Virus record (IMG/VR): IMGVR_UViG_3300045256_000094
Source: a virus
Strand: one strand, 5' to 3'
Length of the DNA: 13,975 bases
Shown here: positions 1-6,076 of the stretch, in pieces
Position numbering within the stretch: position 1 is the stretch's first letter
Layout: each line of letters opens with the position of its first letter
Program-made: the position numbers and the translations under genes
Notes under the pieces: generated by a model
Told to the model about the DNA's origin: nothing
Database searches by the model: none
What the model saw: the letters and a program-made list of their open reading frames with translations, nothing else

Positions 1-832
1 CCAGGAACGGCCGCATCTTCTCCCAGGTCTTCTTGACCCCGGCGAGCGGCGGGTCTTCCTCAATCGGGGTGGCGGTGAAATAGCCTTTGAAGAAGTTCTC
101 AACGCTGTTGCCCTTCGTGTCGCCGAAGAACCAGGAGTTCAGGTGGCTCGGCACGTTCAGGGCAAGAATCTTTTCCTCAGCGTCCTGGTAACTGTACCGC
201 CCCTTGTAGCTGGCCTTGATGATCTGCTCGGCGTTGGTGATCGGCGACGTGCCGTTGTCGAACCCGTAGGTTAAGTCCGGGTTGACGTGGACGCCCAGGA
301 TTTGCTTCGCCATCAGGTAGGTGGTGAGGACTGCGGCCCGCCTACCCTCGATCTCGAACTCGACGTAGAAGTTGCCCGAGCCTCGCCCGTCCCCGGCGTG
401 CCAAAGCAGGTCGCCGCAGTACGGCAACATGCCGCAACCGACGACGTTCTTCGCCATCGCCTCGATCTTACCGAACCGGAAGTCCTTCCGGTCGTAGTTG
501 TTAAAGTCGTTGGCGCACTTCATGAACACGACGACCGGGGCGGCGAATAACTCCTGCTCCGTCGGCTTGTTCATCCGGTGCGTGTAGTTGTAGTCGTAGT
601 AGTTGGGCGAGTACCAACTGTTCGAGCGAGAGTGGATGGCGTCGTTCTTGTTGCGAACGAAGTGCCGCACGGACACCTTGATCCGCTTATCGTATTCGGT
701 CTTAAAGAACTTGTCTAAGTCCGTCGTGCCGAAGAGGTTGGCGATGGTGACGGGCTGGGCTTCGTAGAACTGGTGATTCTCGATGTTATTGATGGTCAGT
801 TCTTCGAACGTTGCAATCCTTTGTGTGGTCAT
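1..832 (-). CDS. Hypothetical protein, N-terminal 277 aa (C-terminus lies beyond the window start). It begins MTTQRIATFEELTINNIENHQFYEAQPV. It carries a weak sulfotransferase-like 3'-phosphate-binding-type motif, VRNKNDAIHSRSNSW.
   Basis: I translated the minus strand by hand from ATG 832..830 down to position 2 without meeting a stop. The track omits this ORF because its stop is outside the window. Third codon positions are GC-rich, and a GGAGAA Shine-Dalgarno site sits 4 nt upstream of the ATG. The RNxxDxxxS motif resembles the sulfotransferase 3'-PB motif, but spacing to the putative GTT motif is atypical. Confidence 0.6.
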   Translation of the reverse strand, partial: MTTQRIATFEELTINNIENHQFYEAQPVTIANLFGTTDLDKFFKTEYDKRIKVSVRHFVRNKNDAIHSRSNSWYSPNYYDYNYTHRMNKPTEQELFAAPVVVFMKCANDFNNYDRKDFRFGKIEAMAKNVVGCGMLPYCGDLLWHAGDGRGSGNFYVEFEIEGRRAAVLTTYLMAKQILGVHVNPDLTYGFDNGTSPITNAEQIIKASYKGRYSYQDAEEKILALNVPSHLNSWFFGDTKGNSVENFFKGYFTATPIEEDPPLAGVKKTWEKMRPFL

Positions 833-871
833 AGTATTCTCCGTTGTCGTTCATGACATCGGGAGATTCTA

Positions 872-914
872 TCAAAAACTTGAGGCCGGGGGAAGTTTAA
901 TCCCCCGGCCCCTC
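872..914 (-). terminator. Rho-independent terminator downstream of the 242-aa gene. On the minus strand the stem is GAGGGGCCGGGGG-AUUAAACUU-CCCCCGGCCUC, followed by AAGUUUUUGA.
   Basis: A 9-11 bp GC-rich inverted repeat at 882-892 / 902-914 with a 9-nt loop. A run of five U follows on the minus strand (plus-strand aaaaa at 874-878), 23 nt after the stop at 937. Confidence 0.65.
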
Positions 915-936
915 GTTGTTTAACTTCACCAGCCGG

Positions 937-1665
937 TCAGATCATGCTGACCTGGAACGGCTCGATGGTCCGCCCCCGGTAGAAGGTGAAGTATTTGTTC
1001 TCGTCGTTCATCTCGATGTCGAGGAACTGTTCGAACTCCTGCTTGGTACGGTCGTCGGTGGTCAGGCGGGAGAAGTCCCAATACCAGACCTGCCGGTGCG
1101 TCAGTTCGTTCTCCGTGACCTTGCCGTCCCCGTTCTCGTCCCGCATGGACGTGACCGTGGCCCCGTAGGCGTCTTTGGCGTCGTTCTTCCGCCAGAACTT
1201 CCACGGCTCGGGAAGCTTGTTGCCGTCGTCGTCCTCGTTGATCCAGAACTCGCCGGACGGGTCGCCCAGAATCTTCTCGTGGAAGTGCTGGTCGTACTCC
1301 ATCTCGTAGTAGAGCTTGTACATGCGGAACTCGAACCCGCCCTCCACGTCGTCGTTCGGGATCGCCCGTAGCCGAAGCCGGAGGGGCTTGGACGAGCCGA
1401 GCAGGACGCCCCGCAGGCAGTAGTCGGTGGAGAAGAACTTCTTCCGGCCGACTTCCGTCTGGTAGACCTCGATCTTGTCCACGAAGAAGTTGATCCCGCT
1501 GAACTCCAGGTCGCTGCTGATCGAGACGCTGACCCCGATCTTAGCCTTCAGCGGGTTGTGGTACTCGAACTCCGTCGGGCCGATGACCCGCTTGTTCTTC
1601 CCCGTGAGAATCTGCCACAGCGTCCGACCCTTGCCGTCCGCACTGACCACTTTCCCTTCGGCCAT
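937..1665 (-). CDS. Hypothetical protein, 242 aa, beginning MAEGKVVSADGKGRTLWQILTGKNKRV. No recognisable domain.
   Basis: This is the long minus ORF 937..1791 trimmed to the internal ATG at 1665. That ATG has a strong AAGGAGA Shine-Dalgarno site (rc of 1669-1680) 5 nt upstream. GC-rich third positions begin exactly at this ATG. Confidence 0.65.
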   Translation of the reverse strand: MAEGKVVSADGKGRTLWQILTGKNKRVIGPTEFEYHNPLKAKIGVSVSISSDLEFSGINFFVDKIEVYQTEVGRKKFFSTDYCLRGVLLGSSKPLRLRLRAIPNDDVEGGFEFRMYKLYYEMEYDQHFHEKILGDPSGEFWINEDDDGNKLPEPWKFWRKNDAKDAYGATVTSMRDENGDGKVTENELTHRQVWYWDFSRLTTDDRTKQEFEQFLDIEMNDENKYFTFYRGRTIEPFQVSMI

Positions 1666-2044
1666 TTTCGTCTCCTTCACTGAGTATGAGTCGCTTGAGC
1701 CAGTTGGTGTGCTTACCCCAGGATTTCCACACGCCTTTGGGATCACGGGTGTGCTTCGGCCGGTAAGCAAAGCCGTCGTTCCACGTCGCACAGACGATGA
1801 TCCCTGTTTGCTCCCGGAACCACTGCTCGAAGAGAGTTATCAGCAGTCCCGGCTTCCCAACACGGTATTCGTTGAACCCGGCCTCGTCTTGCAGCACATC
1901 CTCCGGTTCCCGAAGAAAGGGTGGTTGTGGGATGGCGTCTTCGTATTCGGCCCGGCGAGCGTAGTAGTTACTCAGACACTCGACCGTGACCAGATACTCG
2001 ACCCCATCAATCACCCTCGCTTCGGGAACCGGAGAAGGCGTCAT
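1541..2044 (-). CDS. Hypothetical protein, 167-aa ORF. Only the first ~125 aa (MTPSPVPEARVIDGVEYLV...KHTNWLKRLILSEGDE) look coding. The last ~42 codons overlap the downstream gene in a frame with AT-rich third positions.
   Basis: The ORF is in the track. Its start ATG at 2044 lies 1 nt from the upstream stop at 2046-2048 (translational coupling). Coding signal is lost after ~1666, where the next gene starts. This could be a 125-nt gene overlap or a frameshift. Confidence 0.45.
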   Translation of the reverse strand: MTPSPVPEARVIDGVEYLVTVECLSNYYARRAEYEDAIPQPPFLREPEDVLQDEAGFNEYRVGKPGLLITLFEQWFREQTGIIVCATWNDGFAYRPKHTRDPKGVWKSWGKHTNWLKRLILSEGDENGRRESGQCGRQGSDAVADSHGEEQAGHRPDGVRVPQPAEG

Positions 2045-2045
2045 G

Positions 2046-3197
2046 TTAGCTCCCGATGCGTTTGACGAAGATCACGTTGAACAGGAAGATCGCCCCGATG
2101 ATAACAACGACCCCGAGGCAAATCCAGCCCAAGATGCTCCACGCCACGCCACCACCGCCGCTCCCGGTCGCCGGGCCGGACGTGTGGACGACCCGCACGT
2201 TCGGATTGTACACAGACTCGATGTAGTCCTGGTCGTACATCAGGGTCGGGTTGTCGTTGAACTCCGGGTCAACGTAGCCGGGGTTCCGGGCGTAGTTCTG
2301 CCGCTCCAGGGCGGCGATCCGGGCACGCACTTCGCCGTCTTGCAGCCCCCGCTCGTAGGCCGCTTGGTCAATGTTGTAGCGGTTGTGGTAGAACCAGTAC
2401 GCCCGCCGCTCCGCACTCCACTCCATCATCATGTACCAGAACGGGCTGCTGTACCCGCCACCGACGAAGATCACCGGCTGACTCTGGTAGTAGCTGTACG
2501 GGTGGCTGTAGTGGTAGTGGTGAACGTGCTTCACCGTGTAGTTGTACCGAACCTCCGGGTCCAGATCACGGCTCGGCCGGTTGCGAATCGTCTCGACGGA
2601 CGGAGCCTTCGGGTCAATCTTCACTTCCTTACCGTCCGGTGCCTTGTAGCTCGGCCGGGGCGGTGCCGTGGCCTTCGCCGTCTCCTCGTAGGTCCGCTTG
2701 CTGGCCTCTTCCCGGTTGGCCCGAGCCTTCTCGTCGTTGCTGTTCGTACCGGGCCGCTTGCTGCTGCCCGGAGGCGAAGACGGCGGCGGCGCACCCGCAC
2801 TCGGCGAACCGAACTTGCCCTTGTTGTCGTCCTTCTTGTCATCCGGCTTCTTGCTGTCGCCGCCACCACTGTTCGGCGAACCGAACTTGCCGCCACTCGG
2901 AGGCGGGGTCGTGGGTTGCTTCGGCGGATCGGCGGGCTTCTTACTGTCGCCCCCGCTGTTCGGCGAGCCGAACTTGCCGCCACTCGGAGGCGGGGTCGTG
3001 GGTTGCTTCGGCGGGTCAGGCTTCTGGCTGCTGCTACTGCCCGGCGAGCCGAACTTGCTACCGCTACCGCCGCTGCTGGCCGGAGGCGGTGAGCTTTGCC
3101 CGCCCGGCTTTTTGCTTCCGCTCTGGGCATCGGCGTAGCCGCCCAGCATCGCCATGCAGCCCATCAGGGCGATGCACAGTCCGATCCGTCGTAACAT
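2046..3197 (-). CDS. Secreted, tail-anchored repeat protein, 383 aa. It has an N-terminal signal peptide (MLRRIGLCIALMGCMAMLGGYADA) and four KFGSP-containing P/T/G/S-rich repeats, including two near-identical 29-aa units. A Tyr/His/Trp-rich globular region follows, and the protein ends in a C-terminal transmembrane helix (VAWSILGWICLGVVVIIGAIFLFNVIF).
   Basis: The ORF is in the track. A GGAGGT Shine-Dalgarno site sits 6 nt upstream of ATG 3197. Both hydrophobic segments are visible in the translation. A low-complexity repeat region is encoded by 87-bp tandem DNA repeats. Confidence 0.75.
   Translation of the reverse strand: MLRRIGLCIALMGCMAMLGGYADAQSGSKKPGGQSSPPPASSGGSGSKFGSPGSSSSQKPDPPKQPTTPPPSGGKFGSPNSGGDSKKPADPPKQPTTPPPSGGKFGSPNSGGGDSKKPDDKKDDNKGKFGSPSAGAPPPSSPPGSSKRPGTNSNDEKARANREEASKRTYEETAKATAPPRPSYKAPDGKEVKIDPKAPSVETIRNRPSRDLDPEVRYNYTVKHVHHYHYSHPYSYYQSQPVIFVGGGYSSPFWYMMMEWSAERRAYWFYHNRYNIDQAAYERGLQDGEVRARIAALERQNYARNPGYVDPEFNDNPTLMYDQDYIESVYNPNVRVVHTSGPATGSGGGGVAWSILGWICLGVVVIIGAIFLFNVIFVKRIGS
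2841..3014. repeat. Tandem repeat of two 87-bp copies (2841-2927 and 2928-3014). A 54-nt core (cggcga[a/g]ccgaacttgccgccactcggaggcggggtcgtgggttgcttcggcgg) is identical except at 1 nt. Degenerate partial copies occur at about 2800-2830 and 3040-3070.
   Basis: I aligned the copies directly from the sequence. The repeat encodes the 29-aa unit KPxDPPKQPTTPPPSGGKFGSPNSGG(G)DSK of the repeat protein. Confidence 0.85.
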
Positions 3198-3228
3198 GTG
3201 TTACCTCCGTTGTTGGTCATCACTTCTT

Positions 3229-3260
3229 AATCTAGCAAGACGGAACAGTCAAGCTAGATT
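3229..3260. promoter_or_regulatory. Perfect 8-bp inverted repeat AATCTAGC-N16-GCTAGATT. It overlaps the stop codon of the ArgRS-like gene and lies 32 nt upstream of the repeat-protein start. It is not followed by a U-run.
   Basis: Read from the sequence: aatctagc at 3229-3236 and gctagatt at 3253-3260. The stop TAG of the upstream gene is at 3254-3256. It could be an operator or an RNA-processing/attenuating hairpin within the operon. Confidence 0.4.
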
Positions 3261-4480
3261 CGTTCCAAGCGAAACATGCCGAGTTTCCACATTGCATTTT
3301 GCAACGTGATAAGGGCTGTGGCGATGGCGTACTTGAACCCTCGGCGACCACCTTGAATCCGCTCCCGCTCGTAAGCCGACCCCATGAGACGGGCAAGCTC
3401 GTGACAGTAGTTCGCCAGCCCGGCCACATCCTTTGACTCGACGGCGTGTTTCCACCAGTAGGTCAGGTACGAGGACATCCCGAGTAACTTCACGTCGTCG
3501 TCGGTCAGGTCGAGCGGAGCATTCGGCGTATCGGTCATGCCGTGGCAAGCCGACTGCACACGAGTCTCGGTGTAGGTAATGTACATCCCCGGCGAGTCCA
3601 CCTTCGTCCACTTTTTGACTTCAAACTTCACGTCTGAAGACCGGCTCACGGACAACAGGTTCCAAGCCAGGACGTTCCACGCCAGCTTGCGGCGTTCGGT
3701 CGGCGACTCGATGGGCGGGTCGAACCCGTCCTCGATCATCCGCATGGCGTCGTCTGCACTGAGGGCAGTGCCCTCACGAGACTTCATCTTCTTCCCATCG
3801 TCCCCCAGGACGAGGCCCATAGGTAGATGATACCGCTCCAAGCCCAGGTTGTAAAAGTGTTCCTTCTGCTCCATGCCGGTAACGTACCACAACTCCCCCT
3901 CCACCATCTTGCGGAAGGCAAGGTCGTAGTAGGCGTAAAGCGGACTCCCGTCCGCCCGCTTTAGGATCACTGGCGTGGAGGGGTGGGCGTCGTCCCACAT
4001 CCACGGCTGCTCGTGTTCTTCGAGTAGAGGACTGCCCTCTTCCTGATACGTCCGGCGATGGCACGGCACGATGTCGTCCGGCATCAGCACGTCGTAGTAA
4101 AGCTTCGGCTTATAGCCGACGAAATTACACCACCGCTCGAAGCCGGTCAGGGCGAAGCTCTTTACACCGAGCGATGCCCCCAACAGAGCAACCGGCTGGG
4201 AATACGGCAACACTCGTGAGAGCGAGTGGGCCACGGCGAGGTTCCGCAGGTGCCCGACGTGGAGAGCCTTGTTCAAATTTGGACTGAAACCGTCGATCAG
4301 CATCCCCGCACCGGGGTTGGTCGGTGCGGCCTCGGGCCACCGATAGTTTTCCGCAGTGAAGTGGTAGTTGTGGAACCACTTCTGAGGATCGTGGCGGTAG
4401 CCCTTCGCACCCTCAAGCGGCTGGTTCGTGGTCACGCCGAAACCGTGCTTCGTCGGCATCGGGCGTAGCTTCGACTCCAT
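3254..4480 (-). CDS. Arginyl-tRNA synthetase paralogue (class I aaRS), 408 aa. It has the catalytic core and DALR-like anticodon-binding region but lacks the N-terminal Add-1 domain.
   Basis: HIGH-type motif as in ArgRS: 'SPNLNKALHVGHLRNLAVAHSL' (ArgRS 'SANPTGPLHVGHLR'). ArgRS-specific Arg-binding block: 'KRADGSPLYAYYDLAFRK...LWYVTGMEQKEHFYNL' (compare DG(t)xLYxTRDIA...IYVvgxxQxxHFxQL). KMSKS-equivalent: 'GDDGKKMKSREG'. The C-terminal helical region (LTDDDVKLLGMSSYLTYWWKHAVE...) is DALR-like. Only ~70 aa precede HVGH, against ~120 or more in canonical ArgRS. GAGGAGAA Shine-Dalgarno site upstream of ATG 4480. Confidence 0.8.
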   Translation of the reverse strand: MESKLRPMPTKHGFGVTTNQPLEGAKGYRHDPQKWFHNYHFTAENYRWPEAAPTNPGAGMLIDGFSPNLNKALHVGHLRNLAVAHSLSRVLPYSQPVALLGASLGVKSFALTGFERWCNFVGYKPKLYYDVLMPDDIVPCHRRTYQEEGSPLLEEHEQPWMWDDAHPSTPVILKRADGSPLYAYYDLAFRKMVEGELWYVTGMEQKEHFYNLGLERYHLPMGLVLGDDGKKMKSREGTALSADDAMRMIEDGFDPPIESPTERRKLAWNVLAWNLLSVSRSSDVKFEVKKWTKVDSPGMYITYTETRVQSACHGMTDTPNAPLDLTDDDVKLLGMSSYLTYWWKHAVESKDVAGLANYCHELARLMGSAYERERIQGGRRGFKYAIATALITLQNAMWKLGMFRLERI

Positions 4481-4506
4481 CGGCGGTTCTCCTCTCAGGT
4501 TTAGGC

Positions 4507-4535
4507 ATTCTACCAGGGAAGAAACCCTCTGTAAA
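4507..4535 (-). promoter_or_regulatory. Sigma70-like promoter for the ArgRS-paralogue operon: -35 TTTACA (4535-4530), 17-nt spacer, -10 TAGAAT (4512-4507).
   Basis: Read on the minus strand of the 120-bp divergent intergenic region. The predicted start of transcription is about 20 nt upstream of ATG 4480, leaving room for the GAGGAG Shine-Dalgarno site. Confidence 0.5.
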
Positions 4536-4538
4536 GCG

Positions 4539-4567
4539 TTGCCCAGGAAGGAGTTTTTTGTTACAAT
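4539..4567 (+). promoter_or_regulatory. Sigma70-like promoter for the helicase gene: -35 TTGCCC (4539-4544), 17-nt spacer, -10 TACAAT (4562-4567). An AAGGAAG Shine-Dalgarno site sits at 4586-4592.
   Basis: Read from the sequence. The -35 element lies 4 bp from the -35 of the divergent minus-strand promoter, giving a back-to-back arrangement. Confidence 0.45.
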
Positions 4568-4600
4568 ACGCTAGATAAATAGAGCAAGGAAGCTCGCACC

Positions 4601-6076
4601 ATGACAGATGTTAAGAATGTAATCAAGATAGAGAACGTCTACAGTTGGCTAATCACGGAGAACATGGGCCTCCGGGAAACGCTTTGTAAGGCTCTCAAAG
4701 TCCCCGCCAAGAACTACTGGCATTCTACCGCATACAAACGCAAGATTTGGGACGGACACATCGAGTTCTTTAAGAAGAACTCGGGCATGTTCTACTCCGG
4801 GCTTCTCCCCGAAGTCTGCGGCATCCTCTCGCACCTTAACGAACCCTACACCATCGCCGACCACCGAGGGGCGATCCAGTGGGGGCAAAAGGTCGTTGAC
4901 GAGAACTTCCTTCAGCAGTTCCAGAAGAAGGGCAGCAAGCCGCTCACCCTCTACGACTACCAAGTGGAGTACGTCAACCTCGCCCTGAAGTACGGCCGGG
5001 GCGTCATCACCGCCCCCACGGGTGCCGGTAAGACGAACGTCCTGATCTCGATCCTGAAGTGCCTGCCGCCCAAGACGCCGGTCCTCTTCATGACGAAGGG
5101 TGCGGGTCTGGTCGATCAGAACTACGCCGAGATGCTTCAGTGGGGCGTGCCGAACCTGGGCCGCTACTACGGGAAGTACAAAGAGCCGAACTACGTCATG
5201 TGCTGCACCATCCACCAGGACACGCTCAAGAGCATCGACAAGCTCTTGCCGAAGTTCAAGGTGCTGATCGTGGACGAGGTTCACGAAGCCATGAGCGACA
5301 CGCCCATCGCCGCCTACAAGAAGATGAAGGAGGCGACGTACCGCTTCGGGTTCTCGGCCACCCCGTTCAAGTACACGTCGAAGGACAACAAGGGCAACGA
5401 GATTTCGAAAGATAAGGAACACAAGTACAACGTCAAGGCTCACTTCGGGGCCAACTTCAAGCTGTCCTGCACGCCGTCGGGCAAGCTGACGACGAAAGAC
5501 TTGCAGGAGCGGGGCATCCTGTCGCCGAGCCGCTGCACGATTTACCCGATCAACGAGCCGGACAACATCCAGCACGAGCCGTATGGGGACGCTGTTACTC
5601 TTGGCATCTCCAACAACATGTACTTCCACCAAGTCATCATGCGACTGGCCCGGAAGCTGGAGGGGCGCACCCTCATCATGGTGGAACGGATCGACCAGGG
5701 GAACTACCTCAAGTCCCTGATCCCCGAGGCACACTGGATCAAGGGCGACGTGGCGGTTGGCGACCGGGCCACGATCTTCGGCGAGTTGAAGTACAGCGGT
5801 GAGAAGGTGATCTGTATCGCTATGCGACAGATCGTCACCGCCGGTATCAACGTGTTCGTCCACAACCTGATTAACGCATCAGGCGGCAACGCCGAACACA
5901 ACATCATTCAGCAGATGGGTCGTGGGCTGCGGTCCGCCTCAGACAAGAACGTGCTGGACTTCTACGACTTCCTGTTCACCACCAACGCCTACCTGCGTGA
6001 CCACTCCCTGAACCGCATCCGGGTTCTGGAGAGCGAGGGCCACGAGATCACCGTCAAAGAGAAGATCGACTTCTAA
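4601..6076 (+). CDS. Superfamily-2 DEAD/DEAH-box-type helicase, 491 aa (ResIII / phage UvsW-like architecture).
   Basis: Motif I 'ITAPTGAGKT'; Ia 'LFMTKGAGLVDQ'; II 'LIVDEVHEA' (DEVH); III 'SATP'; V 'TAGINV'; VI 'QQMGRGLR'. It is the only plus-strand gene. Its first ~300 nt are noticeably AT-richer than the surroundings. Confidence 0.85.
   Translation: MTDVKNVIKIENVYSWLITENMGLRETLCKALKVPAKNYWHSTAYKRKIWDGHIEFFKKNSGMFYSGLLPEVCGILSHLNEPYTIADHRGAIQWGQKVVDENFLQQFQKKGSKPLTLYDYQVEYVNLALKYGRGVITAPTGAGKTNVLISILKCLPPKTPVLFMTKGAGLVDQNYAEMLQWGVPNLGRYYGKYKEPNYVMCCTIHQDTLKSIDKLLPKFKVLIVDEVHEAMSDTPIAAYKKMKEATYRFGFSATPFKYTSKDNKGNEISKDKEHKYNVKAHFGANFKLSCTPSGKLTTKDLQERGILSPSRCTIYPINEPDNIQHEPYGDAVTLGISNNMYFHQVIMRLARKLEGRTLIMVERIDQGNYLKSLIPEAHWIKGDVAVGDRATIFGELKYSGEKVICIAMRQIVTAGINVFVHNLINASGGNAEHNIIQQMGRGLRSASDKNVLDFYDFLFTTNAYLRDHSLNRIRVLESEGHEITVKEKIDF

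Noticed and set aside
287-550. An 87-aa plus-strand ORF inside the leftmost gene region.
   Set aside because: It is antisense to a hand-verified, uninterrupted minus-strand coding frame that has a good Shine-Dalgarno site. Its translation is low-complexity.
916-1371. Plus-strand 151-aa ORF, and similar long ORFs on the strand opposite real genes: 1986..3092 +, 2639..3235 +, 2698..3138 +, 2621..3130 -, 4649..5863 -, 5059..5415 +, 6124..6828 +, 6884..7585 +, 6929..7528 -, 7924..8715 +, 8758..9204 +, 10345..11298 +, 12098..12520 +, 12178..12822 -, 13647..13973 -.
   Set aside because: These are shadow ORFs typical of high-GC DNA. They are antisense or out of frame relative to genes with clear motifs. 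Their translations are low-complexity (R/P/G/A/L-rich) and they lack Shine-Dalgarno sites and codon-position GC bias.
4570-4582. 'GATAAATAG' just upstream of the helicase gene resembles the phage T4 late-promoter consensus TATAAATA.
   Set aside because: It has one mismatch at the critical first T, and no other T4-like signals are present. A conventional -35/-10 pair explains the region, and the surrounding gene organisation is bacterial, not T4-like.
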